DNA from: a virus
Direction: 5' to 3' (one strand)
DNA length: 64,000 bases
Virus record (IMG/VR): IMGVR_UViG_3300045988_136739
Shown: positions 29,056 through 37,644 of the stretch, piece by piece
Layout of the letters: each line of letters begins with the position of its first letter
Numbering within the stretch: the first letter of the stretch is position 1
Notes under the pieces: model-generated
What the model saw: the letters and a program-made list of their open reading frames with translations, nothing else
Told to the model about the DNA's origin: nothing
Database searches by the model: none
Translations under genes and position numbers: made by a program

Positions 29056-29379
29056 ATGGTTGTTAAGGTCGATGAAGCAAAGAAAGCAAACAGAGTCGCG
29101 TATACTGAAACATGGTATCTCGATAACATTTCGTCAGTGAAATTTTATACACTCCCGACTGATGGTGAAGCTAATATGCCCATTATGGAAGTATACAGCC
29201 GTAGCGATAACACCATTGATGGAGTTGAGCCACTCAAGTATGTTATGGGTGAGAATCAGCAGAAGGTTACTCTTATGACTGATACTGGGCATATTATAGA
29301 AAAATTTGGGTACGAAGCTGTTTCTAATGGCTGGGCTGTTCACGATGGGGATGGAAGCCCGATTATGAAATCTAAGTAA
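29056..29379 (+). CDS. hypothetical protein
   Basis: ATG 29056 with AAAGGAG RBS. Confidence 0.5.
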   Translation: MVVKVDEAKKANRVAYTETWYLDNISSVKFYTLPTDGEANMPIMEVYSRSDNTIDGVEPLKYVMGENQQKVTLMTDTGHIIEKFGYEAVSNGWAVHDGDGSPIMKSK

Positions 29380-29398
29380 AAAATATTCTCTAAACCCC

Positions 29399-29427
29399 TT
29401 GACAAAATTACATTTTTATGGTAAAAT
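29399..29427 (+). promoter_or_regulatory. AAACCCCTTGACA-17-TAAAAT class promoter
   Basis: consensus family. Confidence 0.55.
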
Positions 29428-29482
29428 ATTGGTGTTCAAGGAGGTGCGAGAACCATAAGGAAAAACGGCTTTTTGACCGCTT

Positions 29483-29670
29483 TGATGAATTTTGGAGTTA
29501 GTGAAAAAGATGCAACCGATTTTGCTAATAAAGTCATCAATATGGGCGGTAAGGTAAGTTACGAAGGCGCTTATCATACTTGGGAAACCGAAATGATTAA
29601 GGCCGGAATCGCATCTACAAAAGATAAGATGGTTGCAAAAGATACAATCAGCAATAAATTATTTGGATAA
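29483..29670 (+). CDS. hypothetical small protein (start uncertain)
   Basis: ORF. Confidence 0.35.
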
Positions 29671-29685
29671 AAGGAGTATCTAATT

Positions 29686-31185
29686 ATGGCAAATTTTGCA
29701 AATGCAGTTCGTGAATCTGCACGAATGACTACTACCGCAAATGGAGCAAAGTGCTACAATACCACTGGTAGCAAGATGCTCGACCTGTTTTCTACCGCTG
29801 GCGGTATGCGCACTCGAATCAACGATGTTCGTGATGCGTTCTCTGCGGCATGGAACGAGAATCCTGAGCTGGCAATTAAGCTGGCTTTCTATTGTCGTGA
29901 CGTGAGAGGTGGACAGGGTGAACGTGACGTTGCACGTGAGATGCTTCGCTGGGTTGCAGAATATCATCCTTCTACTATGCGTAAGAATTTGAAGTTCTTA
30001 CCTGAGTATGGTCGCTGGGACGATATTTACGTCTTTGTTGGCACTAAGGTCGAGAATGACGTATGGCAGATGGTTCGTGAACAGTTTGCCGAGGACATCA
30101 AGAATGTTAATTCTGGCAAGTCCTGTTCTCTGATGGCTAAGTGGCTGAAGTCAGTCAACACCTCTTCTAAGAAGTCTGTTGAACTTGGTCGTTTGACTGC
30201 TCGTAAGCTGGGGCTGTCTTATATGCAGTACCAGAAAACTTTGGCTAAACTGCGTAAGTACATTAACGTGACCGAGGTTAATATGTCTGCAAACAAGTGG
30301 ACTGATATTAACTACGAGGCCGTCCCTTCTAAGGCAATGACCAACTATCGTAGCGCATTCGCTCGTCACGACCGCGAAGGATTTACCGACTATATCAACG
30401 CTGTTAAGGCTGGAGAAAAGACTATTAAATCTAACACTCTGTATCCTTATGACCTTGTGCATCGGTACATGGGCGGTGGTGGCATGGTTTCCTATCGTTC
30501 CGGTTACTACAACTGCGGTGGTCTGGCAGACAAGGAAGATGCTGTTGTTGAAGCACAGTGGAAGGCATTGCCCAACTACATTGATGGAAACCATAACGTG
30601 ATGGTTATGGCAGATACATCCGGTTCTATGCGCGGTCAGCCCATTGAGTCTGCGCTTGGTCTTGCAATGTATTTTGCAGAGCGCAATAGCGGCCCTTATA
30701 AGAATCTGTTTATGACCTTTAGTACCAATCCTTGTTATGTTACTCTGGATGAACAGAGTATGCTTGGCAATCTGAAGAAGGCCGCAAAAGCCAACTGGAT
30801 GGGTTCTACCAACCTTGAAGCAGCTTTTGTTAAGATTCTCAAGACTGCTACTGACAACCATCTGACCGATGATGAGTTGCCCAAGGCACTTGTTATTATC
30901 TCGGATATGCAGTTCAATAAGTCGTTGATTCAGGGGGACAACTACTTCGACTCTATGAAGAATATGTATGCCGCACATGGTTATACGCTCCCCCATGTCG
31001 TGTTCTGGTGCGTAAATGCTTGGGCTGGTTCTACTCACCACAATAACTATAACGACTATGTTACTGCATTTAGCGGTAATGCCGCAAGCACTTTCCGTGA
31101 TGTTCTCGGAACTATCGGTTATAATGCTTACGAGGCTATGCTGAAGGTTCTGAATGGTGAGCGTTATGCGCAGATTCATGCCTAA
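29686..31185 (+). CDS. TROVE/Ro60-like protein with C-terminal vWA domain
   Basis: 499 aa; N-terminal LDLFSTAGGMR (Ro60-like LxxGxxGG), C-terminal VMVMADTSGSM MIDAS; architecture of Ro60/Rsr. Confidence 0.5.
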   Translation: MANFANAVRESARMTTTANGAKCYNTTGSKMLDLFSTAGGMRTRINDVRDAFSAAWNENPELAIKLAFYCRDVRGGQGERDVAREMLRWVAEYHPSTMRKNLKFLPEYGRWDDIYVFVGTKVENDVWQMVREQFAEDIKNVNSGKSCSLMAKWLKSVNTSSKKSVELGRLTARKLGLSYMQYQKTLAKLRKYINVTEVNMSANKWTDINYEAVPSKAMTNYRSAFARHDREGFTDYINAVKAGEKTIKSNTLYPYDLVHRYMGGGGMVSYRSGYYNCGGLADKEDAVVEAQWKALPNYIDGNHNVMVMADTSGSMRGQPIESALGLAMYFAERNSGPYKNLFMTFSTNPCYVTLDEQSMLGNLKKAAKANWMGSTNLEAAFVKILKTATDNHLTDDELPKALVIISDMQFNKSLIQGDNYFDSMKNMYAAHGYTLPHVVFWCVNAWAGSTHHNNYNDYVTAFSGNAASTFRDVLGTIGYNAYEAMLKVLNGERYAQIHA

Positions 31186-31195
31186 TGTTTGACTA

Positions 31196-31228
31196 AACGG
31201 TGGCAATGCCGCCACCGTTAATTTTTAA
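31196..31228 (+). terminator. terminator hairpin aacggtggcaatgccgccaccgtt
   Basis: 10-bp stem, A/T tail. Confidence 0.45.
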
Positions 31229-31243
31229 TCTAAAGGAGAAAGT

Positions 31244-32776
31244 ATGGTTAATCTTTTAGCATTTGTTCCTATTGTCGCAATTATCGCTGTAATTGCATTG
31301 ATTGTTATTGTTTTTAAGTCTTGCTATAAGAAAGCACCGCCTAATAAAGCGATGGTCATTACTGGGCCGTCTGGTAGCAAGACTGTTCATGGCAAGGCTT
31401 GTTTCGTCATTCCGCTGATTCAGCGTGTTGATTATATGTCCTTGGAGAATATTCAGGTAGACTTTACGTCTCGTGATGAGATTCCCACTAAGGACGCTAT
31501 CAATATCAATGTTGATGCGGTTGCTAATATGGCCATTGACACCGACCCGGAGCGTATGGCGGTTGCCGCATCTAAGTTTCTTGGATATTCTATCGCAGAC
31601 ATCCAGACGATTGTTCAGCCTATTTTGGAAGGTAACATCCGCGAAATTATTTCTCAGACTACTCTGAAGGAACTGATTCAGGGAGACAAGAAACAGTTTG
31701 CTGAGAAGGTCATGGAGAATGTCGCCCCAAACCTCGCAGACCTCGGTTTGAAGCTGACTACGTTTAACATCCAGAACTTTAAGGATAGAAACGGTGTGAT
31801 TGAGAATCTGGGCATTGAGAATACTGTCCAGATTTCCAAGGACGCTAAGAAAGCACAGGCACAGGCAAAGGCTGAAATTGCCATTGCAGAAGCAGAAAGC
31901 GCACGTGCCGCAAATGAAGCACAGGTTGTAGCCGATGCTGAAATCGCTCAGAAGCAGAACGAACTGGCTATTAAGAAAGCACAGTTGAAGAAGGTAACAG
32001 AAGTTGAACAGGCTCGTGCCGATGCCGCTCGTGGAATTGAAGCAGAAGAGCAGCGTAAGGCGCAGGAAATTGCAACTGCAAACGCCAACCTTGCTCGTCA
32101 GGAAAAGGAAATTGAACTGAAGGAACGTGAGGTTGCCATTAAGGAAAAGTCTCTGGAGGCAGAGGTTAAAAAGACCGCAGAAGCAAAGCGTTACGCAGAC
32201 CAGCAGGCCGCAGATGCGCATTTGTATACTGTACAGCGTCAGTCCGAGGCTTCACTGTTCGACCGTCAGAAGAAGGCAGAAGCAGAGAAGGTTGAGGCTA
32301 CCCAGAGGGCGGAAGCTGAAAAGATTACCTCTGAGGCAAAGCGTATTGCCGCAGAAAACGAAGCCGCTGGTATCAAGGCAAAAGGCGTTGCAGAAGCAGA
32401 AGCTATTCGCGCAAAGGCACTGGCAGAAGCAGAAGGTACTCTGAAAAAGGCAGAAGCTATGCGTGAGTACGGCGATGCCGCAACTATGGACATGAAGCTG
32501 GCTGTTGCCAAGGCTTATATCGACAAGTTGCCTGATATTGCCGCCGCAGTTGCCGCGCCTATGGCAAATATTGGCAATATCACTATGTATGGCGAGGGTA
32601 ACACCGCAAAGCTGACTGGTGACGTTACCAAGACCATGAAGCAGATTACCGATGGCTTTACTGATGCTACTGGTTTCAACCCTATGATGCTGTTGTCTGG
32701 CGTTCTGGGTGGTAAGCTGGCCGCATCCAACAGCGGTTCTACCGTAAACGTCCATGTTGACGGTGATAATCAGTAA
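31244..32776 (+). CDS. flotillin-like SPFH/band-7 protein with N-terminal TM helix and long EA-repeat coiled coil
   Basis: TM helix, SPFH core, about 200 aa of AEAEA/KAQAQAKAE repeats typical of flotillins. Confidence 0.65.
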   Translation: MVNLLAFVPIVAIIAVIALIVIVFKSCYKKAPPNKAMVITGPSGSKTVHGKACFVIPLIQRVDYMSLENIQVDFTSRDEIPTKDAININVDAVANMAIDTDPERMAVAASKFLGYSIADIQTIVQPILEGNIREIISQTTLKELIQGDKKQFAEKVMENVAPNLADLGLKLTTFNIQNFKDRNGVIENLGIENTVQISKDAKKAQAQAKAEIAIAEAESARAANEAQVVADAEIAQKQNELAIKKAQLKKVTEVEQARADAARGIEAEEQRKAQEIATANANLARQEKEIELKEREVAIKEKSLEAEVKKTAEAKRYADQQAADAHLYTVQRQSEASLFDRQKKAEAEKVEATQRAEAEKITSEAKRIAAENEAAGIKAKGVAEAEAIRAKALAEAEGTLKKAEAMREYGDAATMDMKLAVAKAYIDKLPDIAAAVAAPMANIGNITMYGEGNTAKLTGDVTKTMKQITDGFTDATGFNPMMLLSGVLGGKLAASNSGSTVNVHVDGDNQ

Positions 32777-32796
32777 TCATTCTCTTTTAGATTCTT

Positions 32797-32820
32797 GCAG
32801 GGTGTATGCCCTGCTTTTAT
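32797..32820 (+). terminator. rho-independent terminator gcagggtgtatgccctgc + TTTTAT
   Basis: hairpin + T-run. Confidence 0.6.
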
Positions 32821-32916
32821 ATGGGGTATTAGTCTAACTGGATAAAACATCACTCTCCTAAAGTGAATTTCTCCGTTCGAGTCGGGGATGCCCCACCAAA
32901 ATTTTTTCAAAACCAC

Positions 32917-32945
32917 TTGACAAATCGCAAAAAGTATGATAGAAT
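32917..32945 (+). promoter_or_regulatory. AAAACCACTTGACA-17-TAGAAT class promoter
   Basis: consensus family. Confidence 0.6.
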
Positions 32946-32983
32946 ATAGGTGTTCCAAGGGGAACAGAAAGAAGGTATATTAC

Positions 32984-33196
32984 ATGAAATGTGACGCTGT
33001 AAAAGTACACGAGTCGATTCCTATGACACCGAAACGTCTTTATGAGTGGGCTGTTGCAAACGGGGTACAGGATTGCCAGATGTATTTCCCAGCAGATGAG
33101 TTTATGACCGATGTTGACTTGACAATGGATTGTATGTGCAAAGAATATCGTGGTTTTGGTAAGAACAAGGAAATGGTAGTTAATATCTGTAGGTGA
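32984..33196 (+). CDS. hypothetical small Cys-rich protein
   Basis: ATG 32984 with GAAAGAAGG RBS. Confidence 0.45.
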   Translation: MKCDAVKVHESIPMTPKRLYEWAVANGVQDCQMYFPADEFMTDVDLTMDCMCKEYRGFGKNKEMVVNICR

Positions 33197-33203
33197 TTGT
33201 ACG

Positions 33204-33497
33204 ATGGTTTTTGTCTATGAGCTGAAATACGTTGATAAACGCAAATTAGTTCCAGTCACAGAGAGTCCGAAGATGAGGACAATCGCTACGGTGATTAACA
33301 AAGTCACTGGAAACGATGTTAAACGTCTGTATAATCGATTGAAGCGAAGTGGCAATATGCCACAGATGGAGCATCTAAAAGATGGGAACTACCGTGTTAT
33401 GTATATGGCACTGCCTAATGGGTTGAAGTTTGACCCATTCTATAAAGGTGGAACATATTACAGAGGAAGGAGCGTATTTGACCGTGATGACACTTGA
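33204..33497 (+). CDS. hypothetical protein
   Basis: ORF. Confidence 0.45.
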   Translation: MVFVYELKYVDKRKLVPVTESPKMRTIATVINKVTGNDVKRLYNRLKRSGNMPQMEHLKDGNYRVMYMALPNGLKFDPFYKGGTYYRGRSVFDRDDT

Positions 33498-34272
33498 TGA
33501 TAGAATGAAAACTTATTATGAGGGTGCATATCGTGTTTATCTGACGCGGCGTATGCCAGTCATTATCCGAATCGACTCTCGTGCTGGGCATACTTTCACA
33601 AAGAGTCTGAAGAAGCCTTTTGACGTAGTTTTCACTTCAACAATGCAGGATACAATGAAGTATCTGTGTGAAAACATTCAAGGCTGCGTTATCGGCTATA
33701 CACAGTCTGACGAGATTACTTTGTGTCTTGTTGATTATGACAAGCTGGAAACCGATGCTTGGTTTGGTTATAATCTAAACAAGCTGGTAAGTCTTACTGC
33801 ATCAATGGCTACGTTAGCATTTAATAAGTATTTTGAACGCAATGCTAATAGAACCCTCACCAAGATGGCATTGTCCTCTGGTGTGAATAAGTTTGAAATT
33901 GACGCTTACTCTGCTACATTGGCAAAGTGTAAAGAAAAGGGTTTGTGCTTCGATTCTCGCGCCTTTAATATCCCAAAGGAAGAGGTATGTAACTGTTTCT
34001 TATGGAGACAGCTTGACGCTTCTCGAAACAGTATTCAGGCGGTCGGTCAGGCAAACTTCTCGCATACTGTTCTGAATGGCAAGAGTACGTCTGAAATTCA
34101 GGATATGTTGATGACAGAAAAGGGTATCAACTGGAACGACCTTGCGACTGAATTAAAACGTGGCTCTTGCTGTGTACGAGATGGTAATGGCTGGTCTATT
34201 GACCACGAGATTCCCAAGTTTACTGGCGAAGGCCGTGACTATATTGATAAGCTGGTTTTTGTTGGAGAATAA
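33487..34272 (+). CDS. Thg1-like protein (tRNA-His guanylyltransferase family; 3'-5' nucleotidyltransferase / tRNA 5'-end repair)
   Basis: VIIRIDSRAGHTFTK (Thg1 VRIDGRxFHxF motif) and GYTQSDEITL (catalytic SDE) motifs. Confidence 0.8.
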   Translation: MTLDDRMKTYYEGAYRVYLTRRMPVIIRIDSRAGHTFTKSLKKPFDVVFTSTMQDTMKYLCENIQGCVIGYTQSDEITLCLVDYDKLETDAWFGYNLNKLVSLTASMATLAFNKYFERNANRTLTKMALSSGVNKFEIDAYSATLAKCKEKGLCFDSRAFNIPKEEVCNCFLWRQLDASRNSIQAVGQANFSHTVLNGKSTSEIQDMLMTEKGINWNDLATELKRGSCCVRDGNGWSIDHEIPKFTGEGRDYIDKLVFVGE

Positions 34273-34273
34273 A

Positions 34274-34474
34274 ATGCCTAAATATAGTTTTGATTTTAGG
34301 TACGCATACGGAAGTTGGACATTATGTAATTTGCGTTATGAGCATTATGACATTGATGCCCCTTCTGAAAAGGAAGCATTTAAAATCGCAGAAAAACAGT
34401 TCAATGAAACGCATAAATCTGCAATATGTGACCTCTATCGTGATAGTGATGGATGGCATAAACTTCTTTGGTGA
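34274..34474 (+). CDS. hypothetical small protein
   Basis: ATG immediately after upstream TAA. Confidence 0.4.
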   Translation: MPKYSFDFRYAYGSWTLCNLRYEHYDIDAPSEKEAFKIAEKQFNETHKSAICDLYRDSDGWHKLLW

Positions 34475-34749
34475 GTATGAACATTAACATTCCGTTTTCT
34501 TGCGGCGATGTTGTGTACGCTGTAAGACCTAAAAATATGTATAACAAGGAAGCCTATATTTATAAAGGCATTGTTATTTATATTAAAGTCGAGGTTGACC
34601 GTGACAATAAAGCTAAAATTATGGCGCACGTTCGTGACCTCGATGAGACTTTAAGCGTACCTAACATTATCTATCAGAACAGTGACAGTATCTACGCCAC
34701 TCTGGATGAAGCTAGGTCAGCTAATCCAGATGTTCTGATAAAAATTTAA
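34468..34749 (+). CDS. hypothetical small protein
   Basis: ORF. Confidence 0.4.
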   Translation: MVSMNINIPFSCGDVVYAVRPKNMYNKEAYIYKGIVIYIKVEVDRDNKAKIMAHVRDLDETLSVPNIIYQNSDSIYATLDEARSANPDVLIKI

Positions 34750-34768
34750 AAAATTTTTCCAAAACCCC

Positions 34769-34797
34769 TTGACAAATGACGAAAAATTTGATATAAT
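34769..34797 (+). promoter_or_regulatory. AAAACCCCTTGACA-17-TATAAT promoter driving the tRNA cluster
   Basis: perfect consensus 35 nt before first tRNA. Confidence 0.7.
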
Positions 34798-34832
34798 AAG
34801 GGTGTCAAGAGGAACGAAAGTTCCTCAAATAT

Positions 34833-34905
34833 ACGTTGGTAGTTTAACGGTAAAACAATGGCCTCCAAAGCCAGAAGATGATGGGTTCAAATCCCTCCCG
34901 GCGTG
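34833..34905 (+). tRNA. tRNA-Trp (anticodon CCA)
   Basis: hand-folded cloverleaf: acceptor acgttgg/ccggcgt (2 GU), D-stem gttt/aaac, anticodon loop ctCCAaa; weak T-stem. Confidence 0.55.
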
Positions 34906-34912
34906 TTTATAT

Positions 34913-34987
34913 GCGCTTATCGTTCAATGGATAGGACAAAACTCTTCTAAAGTTTTTATGTGGGTTCAATTCCTACTAGGCGTACCA
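34913..34987 (+). tRNA. tRNA-Arg (anticodon TCT), CCA encoded
   Basis: acceptor gcgctta/taggcgt, anticodon stem aaact/agttt, loop ctTCTaa, T-arm gtggg-ttcaatt-cctac. Confidence 0.75.
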
Positions 34988-34988
34988 C

Positions 34989-35074
34989 AGACGCATACAG
35001 CAATCCATAAATTTTAATGGTTTAAAAAGAATGCTTAAAACAATCTTTCACGGTTCGATTCCGTTCTGCGTCTA
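34989..35074 (+). tRNA. aberrant tRNA-like gene (perfect 7-bp acceptor agacgca/tgcgtct, T-arm, anticodon-like hairpin with loop ctTAAaa) with non-canonical spacing
   Basis: 86 nt; D-arm-like ccat-aaatttta-atgg displaced by extra nucleotides. Confidence 0.3.
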
Positions 35075-35151
35075 ATTTTTAGTTATTCTTCATCTTTATC
35101 TGAACTCGATAGACACGAACAGCAACACTTTCTTTGTTCGCGCCACTAATT

Positions 35152-35223
35152 GCGAATATAGTTTAGATGGTTAGAACGCCACACCAAAATGTGGAGACGT
35201 GGGTTCGAGTCCCACTTATAGTT
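35152..35223 (+). tRNA. tRNA-like element with canonical D-arm and T-arm but 6-nt anticodon loop and poorly paired acceptor (possible pseudo-tRNA)
   Basis: tagtttagatggttagaac D-arm, gtggg-ttcgagt-cccac T-arm, ccaca-ccaaaa-tgtgg. Confidence 0.3.
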
Positions 35224-35234
35224 GTGTCTAATAT

Positions 35235-35307
35235 GCCCGGTTAGTCAAGTTGGCTAAGACGAGTGACTCTCAATCACTAGGCGGCAGTTCAATCCTGCCA
35301 CCGGGTA
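35235..35307 (+). tRNA. tRNA-Glu (anticodon CTC)
   Basis: acceptor gcccggt/accgggt, anticodon stem agtga/tcact, loop ctCTCaa, T-arm ggcag-ttcaatc-ctgcc. Confidence 0.7.
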
Positions 35308-35313
35308 CTTTAT

Positions 35314-35345
35314 GGTCGAGTAGCTCAGTTGGTTAGAGCAGTAGA
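35314..35345 (+). pseudogene. 5' tRNA fragment (acceptor strand + perfect D-arm tagctcagttggttagagc) lacking a 3' half
   Basis: no matching ctcgacc acceptor strand found downstream; abuts endonuclease gene. Confidence 0.45.
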
Positions 35346-35376
35346 TAAATGGGGTATGAATATGGTAAATTCAAAG

Positions 35377-36114
35377 ATGAAAGGCAATATTGCAGAGTCG
35401 CGTATTTTATATGAATTTGTTTAGAGAGGAATACCAGTTTCAATACCTTACGGCGATAATGAACGCTATGATATGATAGCGGAATTTAATGGAAAGCTGA
35501 ATAAGATACAGATAAAGTTCTGCAATCAACAAATAGTTGATGGTTCGATAAGCTGTCCATGTTCTAATATAGTAAATCCATTAACAAAAAGTAAGCATAG
35601 AGAATTATATGTTAATGATGTTGATTATATGGCATTTTACATATATGTATGGGATGTTGCTGTTATAATTCCAACAAGTTACATAGGGAATAGGATTCAG
35701 ATAAAGATTAGAAAAGAACGTGCAAAGAACAATCAAACTACAGCTTCTACATTTGTTGATGACTTTACTTTTGATAAAATTGTTGGAGTAGATGTTCGTA
35801 ATGTGATAGAAGAACAACAAAATGTATATGAAAAAGCATATAATAGATGTGTTGATTGCGGATGTGCCATATCGGATAGGGCTGTGAGATGTTTAAGGTG
35901 TAGAAATTTGAAGCAATATGAAGAAACAGCAAATCCGAATATGATAGATAGAGACACGCTTAAATCCATGATTAGAAATATGCCATTTAAGCATATCGCA
36001 TCTATATGTGGAGTTTCAGATAACTGTATTAGAAATTGGTGTAAAAGATATAATCTTCCATATCGTACATCTGACATTAAGAAATATACAGATGACGAGT
36101 GGAGTGATGTATAA
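35377..36114 (+). CDS. putative PD-(D/E)XK-type (Hjc-like) endonuclease with C-terminal Cys cluster/HTH, possible homing endonuclease; in-frame TAG at 35422-35424
   Basis: N-terminal domain GNIAESRILYEFV-[TAG]-RGIPVSIPYGDNERYDMIAEFNGKLNKIQIK continuous across the TAG; CVDCGC...CLRC; inserted inside tRNA cluster. Confidence 0.5.
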
Positions 36115-36222
36115 TTTTTAGCTAATTACAAAAACAATATCCTACTGACATAATAATACCCATTTTTTCGGTTTGGATAACAGCGCATAGCCATAAAAGT
36201 CTAGGATTATTGGATAAGCTAA

Positions 36223-36251
36223 CAATGACTGCTGGAAAGACAGCAATTTAT
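36223..36251 (+). repeat. 25-nt exact repeat atgactgctggaaagacagcaatttat (hairpin tgctg-gaaaga-cagca) immediately upstream of a tRNA; second copy at 37843-37870
   Basis: identical sequence before tRNA-Arg(ACG) and tRNA-Ile(GAT). Confidence 0.6.
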
Positions 36252-36253
36252 AT

Positions 36254-36330
36254 GCGGCAGTAGTTCAACTGGATAGAACAATCGGCTACGAACCGATAGG
36301 TTGCGAGTTCGAGTCTTGTCTGTCGTACCA
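36254..36330 (+). tRNA. tRNA-Arg (anticodon ACG), CCA encoded
   Basis: acceptor gcggcag/ctgtcgt (2 GU), D gttc/gaac, anticodon stem atcgg/ccgat, loop ctACGaa. Confidence 0.8.
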
Positions 36331-36452
36331 GATAAGTGAGTCTTAAATTACGTTGGACAAAGGGTAGCCTTTTATGGGAGACTGTTACGACAGTAACCCC
36401 GATTATCGGTGACAATGCTAACTCATAAGAGTGCGTAAGCCGACATTTATAT

Positions 36453-36538
36453 GTGTATGTATCCGAATTGGCATAGGAGCTGCTTTGAGATGGCAGTGTC
36501 GCAAGACATTGTGGGTTCAAGTCCCACCATGCACACCA
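36453..36538 (+). tRNA. tRNA-Leu (anticodon GAG), type II with long variable arm, CCA encoded
   Basis: acceptor gtgtatg/catgcac, loop ttGAGat, variable hairpin tgtc-gcaa-gaca, T-arm gtggg-ttcaagt-cccac. Confidence 0.7.
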
Positions 36539-36541
36539 GAA

Positions 36542-36662
36542 TACAGTATGGTTTCAATGGTAAAACATCACCCAAATAAGAATGTGTCTATATAGACATA
36601 AGCCGCAATTATTTTTCTTAAAAGCCAAGGTGAAGATGTCGGTTCGACCCCGACTGCTGTAT
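36542..36662 (+). ncRNA. tRNA-like gene with about 50-nt expansion of the anticodon loop
   Basis: acceptor tacagta/tgctgta, D-arm gttt-caatggta-aaac, anticodon-type stem tcacc/ggtga enclosing a 56-nt loop with the palindrome tgtctatatagaca, perfect T-arm gtcgg-ttcgacc-ccgac. Confidence 0.4.
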
Positions 36663-36669
36663 TTATTAT

Positions 36670-36745
36670 GCGAGATTAACTCAACTGGAAGAGTGCCACT
36701 CTTACAAAGTGGAAGGTACAAGTTCGAGTCTTGTATTTCGCACCA
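36670..36745 (+). tRNA. tRNA-Val (anticodon TAC), CCA encoded
   Basis: acceptor gcgagat/atttcgc, D actc/gagt, stem ccact/agtgg, loop ctTACaa, T-arm acaag-ttcgagt-cttgt. Confidence 0.8.
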
Positions 36746-36833
36746 TACGACAGTTTATAAGCAAAACAAGTTCTGTCGGTGATAAGACAAAAGACTTAAT
36801 TGGCGGTTGAGTGACCTTAAACTCACCATTATG

Positions 36834-36949
36834 GCTGTGTAGCTCAATAGGCTAGAGCGCGTAAAACCTATCTATTTTAGATAGTAACAGCTACACATTT
36901 TTCCATTATAAGGACGAGGTTTATGGTTCGAGTCCATACGCAGCCACCA
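36834..36949 (+). ncRNA. tRNA-like gene (acceptor, D-arm, T-arm, CCA) with about 40-nt insertion in the anticodon/variable region
   Basis: acceptor ggctgtg/cgcagcc, D-arm tagctcaataggctagagc, T-arm tatgg-ttcgagt-ccata, internal hairpin ctatc-tatttta-gatag; no canonical anticodon arm. Confidence 0.4.
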
Positions 36950-36970
36950 AAAATCTAAAAAAGAAGGGAA

Positions 36971-37243
36971 ATGAATCCGATGCAGTAGATTGATAATAAT
37001 AATCCTATGGTTTTCTTTCAAATGTTGGGTGAAGTTGCCGGTGATAACATCATGAGCAAGATTTCCCGACTAAAGATTAGTGAAGAAAATGGAATTGTTA
37101 CTTTATATCTAAGAGATGAACGTGAACCGTTTAACGATAGTGAACTTAGACAGCTAAGATACATCTTAGAAAGATGGTATGATATAATTTCTTTTAGGCG
37201 TGAAGATAGGCTTACTATGTTAGATATGAAGGTAAGAAAATAA
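36971..37243 (+). CDS. small hypothetical protein with in-frame TAG at 36986-36988
   Basis: AGAAGGG RBS + ATG 36971, 5 codons, TAG, then continuous with ORF 37007..37243. Confidence 0.35.
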
Positions 37244-37341
37244 CCCTCCTTTATTTTTATATATAAAAAGACACATCCAGCAAACTTTTATTAAATTTTG
37301 AGTAGCCTTATGATTCAATTTTTAATGTGTCTTTTAGATTT

Positions 37342-37429
37342 GCCAGTGTAGTTCAGTTGGTAGAACGCGGGTTTTGTAATCCCGATGCCGAAAGGGTTCT
37401 CGCAGGTTCAAGTCCTGTCACTGGCTCCA
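37342..37429 (+). tRNA. tRNA with long variable arm; anticodon ambiguous (TGT or GTA within ttttgtaat loop)
   Basis: perfect acceptor gccagtg/cactggc, D gttc/gaac, 4-bp anticodon stem cggg/cccg, 17-nt variable arm, T-arm gcagg-ttcaagt-cctgt, CCA. Confidence 0.55.
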
Positions 37430-37430
37430 T

Positions 37431-37506
37431 GCCACTTTAATTCAGTAGATAGAATGATGCGTTCGTACCGCATACGTCGTAGGTTTAATTCCTACAGGTG
37501 GCTCCA
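37431..37506 (+). tRNA. tRNA-Thr (anticodon CGT), CCA encoded
   Basis: acceptor gccactt/aggtggc, stem atgcg/cgcat, loop ttCGTac, T-arm gtagg-tttaatt-cctac. Confidence 0.75.
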
Positions 37507-37644
37507 ATCGCACCTATACCGTGGTAGAATAGGTATAGGCAAGTATTTTAACTACCGTGTCCATAGAGTTAATGGACTTGGGAGGTACTGACAAGACAGA
37601 AGAGCAAGTACCATGCACGTGGGCGGGTATTCGTGCTTTCATTT

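Noticed and set aside
34769-35017. ORFs 34769..35017, 37385..37591, 38071..38334 and 38463..38771
   Set aside because: They overlap tRNA genes or the structured ncRNA region and have no RBS; spurious.
35314-36330. Group I intron containing a homing endonuclease within a tRNA gene
   Set aside because: No 3' exon complementary to the ggtcgag acceptor strand was found after the ORF. tRNA-Arg(ACG) at 36254 is complete on its own.
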